A stretch of 64,000 bases of DNA, from IMG/VR virus record IMGVR_UViG_3300036939_000082, positions 124,943 through 188,942 of that record; one strand, 5' to 3'. A program made the translations under genes and the position numbers. Shown here piece by piece: positions 9,118-21,500 of this stretch. This DNA is from a virus. The notes under the pieces are model-generated. The model ran no database searches. It worked only from the letters and a program-made list of their open reading frames with translations, and was not told where the DNA came from. Each line of letters begins with the position of its first letter. The stretch's first letter is position 1.

Positions 9118-9154
9118 AAAAACGCATCGCGTAAATTAATCGCGATGCGTTTTT
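9118..9154. repeat. palindrome of the same family as 8440
   Basis: AAAAACGCATCGCG-TAAATTAAT-CGCGATGCGTTTTT. A degenerate third copy lies at ~8997-9034. Confidence 0.85.
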
Positions 9155-9156
9155 GT

Positions 9157-9444
9157 TTATTTGAGAGATTTTCTAATAACTTCTAAATCTGGGAGACTGT
9201 CAGTCTTTACAACTTTCCAATGCTTCAAGTTTCGATAAATACTTTGATAGTGTTTTTTAACGTATTCATCCGAGCATTCTGCGTAGTCTGGTAATTGGCT
9301 TCTCATGGCAGTAATTCTCGTAGCATGAGTCCCGCACCGCTTGTCAATTCCCCACAATTCTTTTTTAGGCATTAAGTGTGGCGCACTTTTGGGAATGTGA
9401 ACTGGGAATGCTATTTGATAGTTGATTCTTGTCTTGACGGTCAT
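9157..9444 (-). CDS. hypothetical basic protein (95 aa)
   Basis: ORF preceded by TGTGTTACAAT at 9478-9488. Confidence 0.6.
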   Translation of the reverse strand: MTVKTRINYQIAFPVHIPKSAPHLMPKKELWGIDKRCGTHATRITAMRSQLPDYAECSDEYVKKHYQSIYRNLKHWKVVKTDSLPDLEVIRKSLK

Positions 9445-9501
9445 AATTTTACGCTATTTGTTTTATGTTTCTCAATAATTGTAACACAATTGCAACTTTT
9501 A

Positions 9502-12500
9502 TTACTGCTTGGCTTTTTCAACAATATCTCGCAACTGAGTGCGAATAACTCTTTGCGCCTGCGGTGATTCCAAATGCTTCATAATTTCGCCCAATAACTC
9601 TTCCGCTGCAAAACTTGGATTTGCTCCCTGAACTACAATGTCTCCAAAAACAAATTGAACGTTAAATTCTGTTGTCTGCGAAGATGCAGCGGGCGGAAGG
9701 GGAATTGGGGTTGCGGGGACAGGCAATGCTCGAAGGCTGGAAACCTCTACCCGATCGCCCTGGTTGATCGATTCCAATAAAGGTAGGTTCGACCGCGTAG
9801 CAGCAGCATTGACAACAAACTCCCCAGGCGACGCCAGAATAGGTACGCGATCGCCCGTAGATGTTCCCATTCCCGATATCAAACCGCCAGTCGCATAACG
9901 CTGTACTGGCTGAACCTGCAGCGGGTGGCTCGGCAAAGGCTGACTCCGCAGCGAAGGAGCGAACAATCCGCCGACGAACGGAATATTAGCTAAAACCCCC
10001 ATTGAATTAGTTACAACCCACTGAATCAGATTCCAAATTCCTTGGAAAACTCTAGTAATAGCGCTTCCTACAACAACAAATGTTTCTTTTAGTACCCACC
10101 CGACCGCCACAACTCCAGAAATTATCGCCAAAAAAGGTGCGGCTGCAACTACCGCAGCAGAAATACCCGCAATCACAGCCCCAATACCGCCCGTGACGGC
10201 TGGAACGACAGCCGCAGCAAAAACTCCTCCTATTGTCGCCAGCGCGCTCCCGACTCCCGATACAGCAGAGCCGATCGCCCCAACAGCGCCTGTTATGCCA
10301 GCAAGCACCGCGCCAAAATTTGCTGCCAAAGTTAAAGTAACGACTGTTCCGGCAATCGCAGCGCCGACAGTTGCTACTGCTCGAACAATTTTGGAGACAG
10401 CGTTAAATACAAATCCTAGCGTTTTAATTACACCGATCAGTACGAATGAAATTGTTTTAATGATTTTAATCAAACTAAAAGTTAAAGTTTTAACTGGAAT
10501 CAGCAATACATTGATAATTGATGATGCCAAACCTGATATGTTTCCATCCACTCCGCTAAAGATGCTGGCGATCGTCCCAAAAATTTGAGCGAATGGCTCG
10601 ACGATGGTATTTCCCAATTCGACGAGCGCGCTCCACACGCTATCAATTTCCTGAAAGAGCGTTCCAGTTACTTGGGCGATCGAATCCCAAATTCCCCCAA
10701 AAACGCCTGCAACGATACTCCCGATAAAGCTGAAGACTTTTCCCAATACCCATCCAACTGCCACAATTCCCAGAAGCAAAGGAATAAAAGGAAGGAAGGG
10801 GGAGATTGCTGCGGTTGCTGAGGCAAGGATTGCACTCAAACCGCTGAGAATCACTGGAACTAAGACTCCGCTAAATATTCCAGCGACACCGGTGGCAATA
10901 GTTGAAAACTCAATTAACGCGAGACTCAACCCAGCAACAAACGCTCCAGCACTTACAAACAGTCCCCCTATTTGCGTTAAAGAAGAAAATACCGCTAAAG
11001 CAGCGCCTATCCTCAACAGCGATTCAACCAATACGCCAAATACAGTAAAAGCAAATTTGCCCGCTTGGATTAACGATCCAATGATTCCTGCAACTGTTCC
11101 CACGATTGCAGAAGCAACACTGGAAATAGACTCAAGAATCCACGAGCTAAAATTGCCCAGACTATTTTTTGCATTTTCCACAACCTCTTGAATGCCGCCA
11201 ATGTTGTCTTTGTAAGATCGGTACAGCAAAAATAGGGCAGAGCTAATTCCCAATATCAAAGGTAAAAACGGCAGCAGCGGTACAATCATTGATTTGTAGG
11301 CAAGTTTGGCAGCACCCGCGACAAATCCGTAAGATGCGGCGATCGCCCCGTTAGCGCCGCCCACAATTCCTGCTTTAGTCAAAGCAGATGCGGCGATCGC
11401 GCTGTCTGCAGCTACGGAACTTGCTGCGTTCGTTGCGTAAAAAGCTCGCATCCCCGGCATCGCCGTCCGAATATCTAAGAATGAAGTCACCAAGTCATTC
11501 ATCATAAATATCGGTGTCGCTAGTTGCGGGGCGATATTCGACAATACGGAACCGATCGACAGAGAGAGACTTCTAACGCTTTCACCGACCTGCTTCCTAG
11601 CAGCGGTATCTTGCTCGACTGCTAACGTTACTCGCCGATGAGCAGATTCTAGATTCTTCAAACCTTGAGTATAGACTTTGCTATCGATCGCCCCTTGTTT
11701 GTAGAGATCGTTCAACCGCACCTGCCTCGCTGTAATTCTGTGAAGGTTGGTTTGGGACTCTACCGGATTCCGACTAACGCTCGACATTGCCAACTTCGCA
11801 TCAAACTTCAACCCGCCAAGCGCTTCGCCAGCTTCGGCAATTTTAGACGGAGATAGCGCGGTGAGCGATCGATCTAAAAATCTGTAAATTGCATTGCCTT
11901 CAATCTTTGCCGACAGCGCCAAGTCCGACAGCCGACTTTGAATAGTCTCTGTAGTGTTGACCCAGTTTTTGCGAATCCAGTAAGTCGGTCCCGGCGAGGC
12001 TTCCGACAAATCGCCCTGCAATTGCTGTCCGGTTTGTTTCGCTTTCCTGCCGATGCCCGCGATCGCCCCGACAATTTTGCCTCCGGTTTTTTCCCAAATT
12101 GCGCCCACTGTTTTTAAAGGCTGTTCGAGGAACTGGGCGATCGCTGCACCTAGTTCTCCTAACTCCGACATTAGTCGCCCTTTCAATTCTGTGGCGTTGC
12201 TACCGAGAACGCCGATACTAGCAATTATGTCGGGAATCCCTTTGAAAACGCTAAAGATGTCGAACGGCAGGGAAACATCTAGACCTAACTTGAACAGAGC
12301 AACGCCTACATCTTTTAGTCCAACCAATATTTCAGCTACAACGCCTGCCATCTTCAATCCAAAAGTACCGATATCTTTTGCAAAACCGAGGAAACTGCCA
12401 GCAATCTCGCTCGCGGTCAGCGCAACGCCCGCTAATTGTGCCTTGAAGCTTGCAAAACCTTCTTGTACCCCCGCGAAGGCTTCCTTGGATTTTCGAGAGA

Positions 12501-15500
12501 ATGACGACAGAAGCGCAACAAACCTCAATACAGATTTGTATAAACCTAGAACGGCGGTCATTACCCGAGCCGGCCAGTCCAGCACAAAACGAAATGCCCA
12601 TACAAACTTTAGTGCGAAGGCAGACAGCTCAATTCCTATTTGGGTAAAAACCCACAAAACCTTGAACAAAGGTGGGAGTACAGTTGTAGAAAAATTAACT
12701 ATTCCAGCTAGTATTTTGCCGACAACTTGCCCGAAGTCTTTACCCGCAGAAGCTGCGCGATCGGTGTCGCGACCAGCAGAAGTCAATCCCTGAGAAAACT
12801 GCCCCAAGTTTTTTAGAATCCATCCCAAAAATTCACCCAAATGTCTGACAGCAGATGAAACGCCTGTTAGTTTTGATGTCATTTCATCGGAGGCGATCGC
12901 CCCGCTGTTTACCGCTCTAGCAATATCGAACAAAGTTTGACCAAAATCAATAGCTGACTTACTCGCAGAAATCACTATACCGATCAAATCTGTCAGGGGC
13001 TGCTGAACCTCAGAAAATAAACTGGTTGCAAAATTAGAGATGAATCCATTTAGGGATTTAAACCCATTTTTTATTACATCTAATAAATTAAATTTCGCAA
13101 TAATTTGAGTGGCTACCCATGTCGCAGGCGCTATCAACTGTAGCAGCGAGTTTGTTATCTTGGTAACGGCTTCCTTCCACGCTTCAGGAATTTTGACTGT
13201 TGGGCTGTGATTCAATAAACCGATCAATGTCTGACCCAGCCATTTGGCAAAGTCTGCGATCGGAGTCAATATGGTTTGAAATTCTGCTGCAAACTTCTCC
13301 CATTTCCTTTTAATCCAGTCTGCTGCTTTCCCAAAGGCGATCGGGACTTCTTGTAGGGCTTGCTCAAATAGTTGAGGAACTCTAGAGCTGAAATCTTGCA
13401 ACCCCGTCAAAACAGTTAAGAACAAATCCTTTCTGTTCAAGAATTCCGTGAGGCGCTGCCATTGAGCCTGGACGGAAGCGATCGCGCCATTTATACTGGG
13501 AATAATTTTAGCGATTTGCTCTTTCACTTTTTCAAACAAAGAGGGAATAGATTCGCCAAAATTTTTCATTTTTGCAGAAATACCTGTAAATAAATCCGCA
13601 GAACTCAAGAAGGTAATAAAATTCGGCCATTCCGACTTAATCCAAGATATTGTTTCGCCAAACTTTGTACCAATCAACGTTAGGAAGTCCAAAGCTCCTG
13701 GAATCATTGGAGTCTCAGACAACCAAACAGATAATTTATTCCATTTCTCTTGAATAAATGCAACCGTATTGCTAAGCCTTTCCCCCAGCAAAGCAATTTT
13801 GACAAACAGATTTTGAATTGCCGGGATCTCGAATTTCAATCCAACTTCGATCGCCCACGCAGACAGCCTACCGCTTAAGTCTTTTAACCTATCAAAAAAT
13901 CCTTGAAATATTTGCCCGGTAGCCAGCGACTTCTGAACTTCCGACCATTTTTCTCTTAACAAACCCGAAAACAATGTAAATTCCAATCCGACCTTAAGCA
14001 ATCTATCAAACAGCCAACTGAATAAATTAGTTCCGCTCATCCAGCCTACAAACTTACTCCACGCAGCCTCCAAAATATTTACGGTTGAGAGAAAAGCTTG
14101 AGAGATATTTTCTGGCTTAAAAGCTTCGCGCAGCCGATCGCCCGCAACTCGAAATAGATCGCTCTGTCGCAACCAGTCTCCTAGCTGTTGCCACGATGAT
14201 TGAACTTTGACGATCGCCCGATCGAAGTATTCCTCAACGTTCAACATCTTCATGATTTGGCGGAACTTCGACTCGACTGCAGAAATTGCACCGCCAAACC
14301 CTTTCTGAACTGCCGCTGCAATATCTGGGGGCAGTGCGACGAGAATAGTGTTGAAAAAGCCGCGCCAGAAGTCTCCGACATATTTGAGGGGCGCTGTTAG
14401 AGCTTCTGTGATTCCCGGCACCAATCTTTTAAGGCGATCGGGAATTGACTCGGAAGATCCGTCTATGGAGCCAAATAGTTGGCTGATGCCGGTGATCGCA
14501 TCCTTGAACGTAAAATTCTTGATAGACTCCTGAACCTGAAAAATTCCATTTTTAATCGACTGCACCGCGAGATCGACCTGTTCCGCGAAAAGTTGTTTGA
14601 TGGCTGGAAAATGGTGTTTAACGCTGTCGATCGCAAACGCCACAGCATCAGTCACTGACTTGACTGCGTTAATCAATATGGATGCAACCATTTCTCCTGC
14701 TTGCTCTCCCGACTTGAAGGCTAAAAAGAAGTTATTGATAGATTCAGTTGCGCGTTTGAGGGTAAAGCCTAACGGTCGGAAAACTTGCTCGATCGCCTCA
14801 CCGATTCCCCGCAACACTTGGAACGAACCTCGGGCGATCACCTTCAACCCATCGTCCGCGCTGCGCCCAAAATTCTCAAACGCAAATCCCAGCCCTCGAA
14901 AGCCTTCTTGAATTAAAGTAAAATCTCCTTTGAGCGCGGGCAGTATACCTAGGGCGATCGTTTTGAAAGCACCCGCCGCTTCCACCAAGCCCCACAGCGC
15001 TCCAGCCAAAATCTTGCCCGCGCCAATCCCAATCTTAATTAGCCCGGTCAAAATCGTGCGGATACCCAAGAAGTTTGCAGCGATTACCGCAGCCGTAAAA
15101 GCGACCCCCCCCAGCACTAGAAGCAGCGGAGAAATGCCCGACAGGGAAAATAGTCCGAAGGCGATCGCCGACAAGCTCATGCTGTTGAATCCCGACAGTA
15201 CCCCTCCAACTCCATACTTGAAGTTACCGAAGAAGTCGCGAGCCGCATCCCCTAGTTCCACAAAATTGAGAGTTAGCAAGGCTTTTGCCGATCGTCCAAC
15301 AAAGTCAACCAAATCGTTGCCCAATTGACTCAGACTGCTTGTAACATACTCCATCCCCGGTGCAAACAGAATACTGGCACTGCCTACTCCGCGATCTGCA
15401 AGATACTGATAGCGGTCGCCCACGGCTAACGCGAAAAAACTTGCAGCTCTAATCGCCTGACTTTTGAGATCGTTTGTTGGCGGTGACAGCAATATCTCGC

Positions 15501-18500
15501 TAGCGGAATTTGTTAAGTTACCGCGCAGGATCGATCCGGTTTCCTTGGCGTTTGCTTGAATATCGCCCATCCACCCGCCGATCGCCCCAACAGTTTTTTC
15601 CCAGTAGTGGCGAATCCAGTAAGTCGGACCGGGAGATCCTTCGGAAACAGCCTTTTGTAATTCGTACCCAGAATCTTCTGCTGGCTGCACCAAGGAATTA
15701 ATGTTTGCAGTAATAGCTGAAGCGGTATTGACCCATGCCGCATTTGTACTGGCAGCGCCTAAATCGCCCAATCCGATCGCCCCGGTCACACCGACACCAA
15801 CCGTGTTGGCAGTTTTCGGGGCTGCACCGCTAAATATTCCCGCACCTGCTTTGGCAGCCAAGTACGTTTTTTTCTCGATAAAGTCTTGTTTTCTTGAAGA
15901 GATAAAATCTTTAGTTTTGTCAATTCCAGATTTAACTGTACCTTGAATAGAGTTTGCAATTTTTGGCGCATTTTCTTTTATACCTTGAATCAAAAAACTC
16001 AAGAATTTTTGTGCGGAACTTGTTTCTGCAACTTCTAACGGCAAAAGGTTTTCACGAGATCGATCGGCGATCGCCTGTTTAACGGGCAATTGCATAGGTG
16101 GGTGTAAAGTGTTTATTGCCATTAGAATTTCGCCTAATACACTATTTATTGCTTCCAGTTGTACAATTTGTTGCGACTTCCCAGGCTGTCCCGGTGCAAG
16201 TTTAATTGCATCATTCAAAGAATCTTGTCCAACCAATGCTTTATCTAGCAATGCTCGATCGGGAATCTTCGCTCCCACGGATGCAGCCGTAGCACTCAAC
16301 CTAGCATTAGAGAACATCCCTTCTTGATTTTTGGCAGATGCTGCCAATTGCTCTTCTATATATTTTTGACCGGCTTGATTGATTTTGTAGACATCTTCTG
16401 TTTGACCCAGCAGTCCGCCAAGACCTTTTTTCTGTACAGTAATCTTCGTTGCCAAACCTGCGTATTCTGCTTGAGAGGATAATGATTTTGAATTCAATCC
16501 TTGGAGTATCGTGTCTGCAATCTTAAGTTCTTCTTTCTGCATCTGAGTTTGAACTTGCGTTCTAAACGCAGATTCTTTGTCAAATACATTTCTAATTTCT
16601 ATAAAATCGGGAATGTGTACCTTATCTAACAGTGGAATTCCCTCTAACGGATTCCATCCTCTTTTTTGTTGATCTAAATCATTGGAAATATCTTTTTGTC
16701 TTGATTGTTCGGTTCTTTTTTCCCATCCTTCACCTTTTAAACCAAGCCCTATTTGATATTTGCGCTGCGCTGACACAGAACTTTTTCCTAAATCGGGAGC
16801 TTGAGCGGTTGCCAATGACCTTGTTTCTTCTTGAGGCTTGTCAAGTAGAGCAAGCAAAGATTTAGTATAAAAAGCAATGCGATCCAATGTAGAAACTATT
16901 GATACAAAAAGTCCTCTATGTAGGTACAATTCAGACTCGATCGCCCGAGAACCTTGGGTGAAAAAACCTTCCATTCCGACATAAGTGTTTGTCAGTGAAT
17001 TTTTGGTATTAACAACAGCTTCTTTACCTTGACTAACAACTAAGTTTGCCTGTTTTGCTTTACCACTAAAGAAATTGCCAACTGGCGAAAATATACCCGT
17101 CAATATGCCAGCAACTTCTTTGGCGGGAGTTAGCAGCCAATTCATTGCCCCTGATATTCTTTCCACCGCCCCTTCCCATGCAGTTGGGATTTTCTCTGTG
17201 GGGTTGTGATTTAAAGCGTCAATAAGACCCAATGCTATTTCTAAAGCAGTATCGACCAACGGCATATCGAGAAACCAGTGTACAAACCCCGTCCAAGCTT
17301 TTTGAATTGCTTGAACAGAACCGGAGAATAGATTACTAATTGCGGTTGTCAGCTTAACCGTTTTTGTCCTAATATCCGCAAAGTCAGTAGTGAAAGCAAG
17401 CGTTAGAACAGATAGAGCTGTTGTTATGCCTCCGATTCCCAGTATCAACGTGCCAAGTTCCCCTAACATTCCTAACCCAAAAATCGGCTTAAGTAAATTG
17501 CCAAATTTAGAAATGCTTTTGCCCGCTCCGCTTTGTTGCAGTGTTCCCAACATTGCTGGAGCGGTTACTGTTGGAGATCCTCTTTGAACAAAGCCGCCCA
17601 TACTCCGGGCAGAGTGACTTAGCTGCGGTGGCGCTTCCCTTGAGAATCTTCTTTGAAGCATCGCTTCTATTCTTGTCGCTAGATTCTTATTTCTTTCTTT
17701 GTTCGTGGCAAACCTCCAAAGTGTTTGCGCCTGTGCGGTCTGCTGCTGCCTGATTTGAGCGTGGAGAAGTTGAGCTTGAGTGTCTAATTTCTTACCAACG
17801 GAATCAAGAGGCGACAGTACCGAAGTAAGTGCAGCGACGACTTTGCCGAAGCCTATCTGTAAATTGTCTTGCCACGACAATTTCTGTTTTTCACCCGTAG
17901 CTCCTAATGCTATTGAATTGATAAATTCTGTTTTGCGTCGCTGCTTGGCATCATCGGCTTGGAGCGATTCGGACATTTCTTCTCCTACCCCCTTCGCTGG
18001 AGCGACCATCCCTTGTATCGAGCCTGTTATGCTTGCAACAGCTCCCTCCCATGCTGTCGGTATCTTCTCCGTAGGGTTGTGGTTGAGAGCGTTTATTAAG
18101 CCCTGCGCTACGTTCAGTGCTGGCTGTACGATCGCCATCAATTTCCCGCCAAACGCATCAATAAATCTTTGCCACGCAGCGGTAACAAAGGCGATCGGCG
18201 CTGACAGGGCTTGAGAAAGCATATCGCCAGCAGATCGCGCCAAACTTCCAATACCTAAAAAGTTGTTTTTAAAGGCTAAATACAAGCCCCCCGCAGCTAG
18301 CCCGATCGCCGCAACCCCTGCAATCAAAGGAGCTAGCGGTAGCGCTGCTGCTCCCACCGCTCCGGCGATCGCTCCGCCAATGCCAGTTAGTCCGGCGATA
18401 GTTGCTCCCGACACCGAGACTATCGCTCCAAAACTAGCTCCCAACGCAGCCAGTACCGGAGCGGCCAGTCCGCCAACCGCCCCGATCAAAGTAAACAGTT

Positions 18501-21500
18501 CTGTTACCTTGTAAAGACTTTGGGCAGTTTCTTCGTCGATAAAACCCATGTTTTGCAGCGAAAAGAAAGCTGTCTGCGCCGCAAACCCGGCGGCTGTCAC
18601 AGCACCGCCCACGGCCATTCCAGCCTTGCCAACTCCTCCCACCGCGCCGACTAATTTATGAAAAAATCCAACTGATTTGGTTGTAGCCTGTTCTGCCGCT
18701 TGAGGGATGCGGGCGATCGACTGCTGGGTAACTTGCGTCGCGCGCTGCATATCTCGGGCAATCTCTGCTCCCGTTCCCGCCGCCGCCTGAGCCATTTGAT
18801 TCATGTTTGCAGTGGTAGAGTGTTCGGTATTTTTCCAGGCTGCGCTGGTCACGTCGGATGCGCGGTGGTTGAGGCTGCTCACAATCTTGACTCCCGCCCA
18901 CGCAGCGCGCTTCACCATCGTCCACCAATTATTCCCGGTAATTCTGTTGGTGGCTTCTTGCCACGCAGTTTCAGTGCGGGTAGCAGCCCCTTGAAAGTAA
19001 GTAGAAATTCCTCTGGCTGCGGACGAAGCGCCCTTCAGTATTGATGCGGATATCTTCTCGGTCAAGGGGAGTATATTGTTACCATATTCAGCCATCCCGC
19101 TGTCAATGCTAACGTCGGCCGAATCTATCAGTCCGCGACGCTCTAAACTCCGGTAGTGCCGCCGCCCTCCCCGGCTGGCTTCTCTAATTGTTGTTTCGCT
19201 TTGGGGAATTGCAGCTTGGCGCGATCGCGCGTTCAGCGCATCAGCTCCTTGTCCAACTTTTTGAGAAGCAGTCTTCAGCAATTCAGCAAGTCCAAACAAA
19301 GCTGCTTTTGCCTTAGAAGCAGGAGAGTTAAACTGTTTGGTGTATTCAATCCGATCCCCCAAAGTTGCTGCGCGGCGTTTAGCAGCAAGACCCAGCCTAG
19401 AGTCCCCTTGAGACTGAGCTAGTCTTTCTGCTGCCGCTTTGTGCTTTTGTAAATTTGCAATATCTTTGTTGCCAAAAACATTAGAAAAAAAGTTTTTGAT
19501 ACCAGAAAACAAATTGCCGATCGCCCCTAAGATTCCGCCTTGCTGCGATCTCGCTTGGTTCCCCGCTTGACCCAACACTCCGGCAACCGCCTTAAACAGT
19601 TCCCCTGCTTTGTCAACTATTTTAACCGTCCAAGATTTAGCTCGTTCTGCATCAAATCCGCTGGCGCGATCGACAAAAAACTTTGACATCGAATCGCCGC
19701 TGCGGGCTAAAAATCGGGAGAAATTATTAAGGAAATTGCTGAACGGGTTTGTCCCGATCAACCCTTCGACTTCGCGGGCGATTCGGTTGGTTCCGACTGA
19801 CATAGCGATTCGGGCGCGATCGATGATGCTCGAAATCCCAATCAATACTGGTTTGCCCAGTACGGGAGAGATATCTGCAACTATTTTTTTAACAAGTCCA
19901 CCTGCTCCCGTTTTCGCTGCGAGTGCTGTTACGCCCCCGGTAAAATTCTTTATCAATTCAGGGAATGCTTTAGCAAAAAATACCTGATAAGGTGCAACAG
20001 ACTTCGCTGTGTAATTAGGATTTTCAATGATTTCGCGAGCCCTAGCTTCATTTACATCTAAAGCTTTTCCTAAAGCTTTAGTAATATCTTCAATCTTGTT
20101 GCTCATCCCTAATTTGTTGAGTCTGTCTTTGATTGAAATATTATTGCCATTGCTATCTTTTTGATCTTTTAGGATGGACTGCAAGATAGTGTCTTGAGTT
20201 TTTCGATCCTTAATATCAGTTTTCGTAAGCTCTGCAAACATTTGACCCATAAATTGATAATGGGTTTTCGGGGCTTTCTCACGCCCTTCTGTCATCATGT
20301 GTTCCAAGCTGTTTCGCTGAGCAGTTCTGAAATCTTTATTTAACTTCTCGATTCTTTGAACAAATTTAGATCCTTTGATACTAACTTCTGCTGCTTTATA
20401 CAGATCGCCAGCTAGTTTTATTGACGAATCTTTGGCAGATAAAGCTGACTTGTAAATACCGGAGTAAAAATTGCGGAGCGGGCGCACAATATTTTCCGCC
20501 ATTTCTACACTCATAAAAGGTATTTTGATCAATTTTGATTCTAGAGAGTCTATTTTATCAATTGTTGATCGATTAAATCGCTCGAAACCCGCATCTAGGT
20601 TTTCAAGAAAAACCTGTACGTTAACTTTTAGCTGTTCTAAAGGATTTTTTAGTTTAACTTTATCAATATTCTTGAGTTCGCGTGCCGAAGACAAACCAAT
20701 CAAGCTAGCAATTTGTTCTTGCTGTTCCTGACTGGCTTTTAAAACAAATTTACCAGTCAACAAGTATTGATCGAATACAGCAGCAAGTGAGTCATCTCTG
20801 CGGAGACTGTTTCGCAAATCGTTTAATTCATCTTTGCCTCCTATACCAGCATTGGTTAATTGTTTTTGCAGCGTATCAAAATCTGTTTCTTTGAGCTGTT
20901 TACCCCGATCGCCCGTACCGTGCGTTAGAAACCTTCGCAACTTTTGAATGTCTTCTTTGTTTAAATCGGGCGCGGATTTTAGTCTATCTAAGAATGTCTT
21001 TAGCCCATCCACCCCCTTAAACTCAGATCGCTTCTCGCCAAAACTAGCTTCTAGCATTCCAGTTAGTTTGGTAATTTCTTGACCTGTAGCTTCTCGCTGA
21101 AACTTTCCTGTTTCTATAAATTGATTAAAAAATTGATGCAACTGTTTGTGTTCTGGTTCCCTCAATTTTCTCAAAAGTCCATCTAGGTTGCCGTGTATTG
21201 GGTTGTTTTTAACTAAAGCGTCAAGTCCTCTTTCTCGCGCCCGTTTCAACAATAAGGCAGCACTAGCTTCAGATTGAATCAATTTTTCAGTTCTAGCTTG
21301 AACTATTCGCGCTTGAATTGCGATTGTTTTGTCAAATCGCATAGATTCTAATATCTTGGGAATACCAGTCCATCCAAAGAAGGTGCGAGCTAGTGTATTG
21401 CGAGTAGAAGTAACTTGCCCTTCTAGCAAGTTAGAAGACTGCTGCATTGCAGTACCAAGATTTCTCACGCCTTCTACGGCTACATTGCCAAATCCAGTAA

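Noticed and set aside
8440-9154. CRISPR-like array of palindromes
   Set aside because: Repeats are non-identical, irregularly spaced and separated by whole genes; no cas genes are present.
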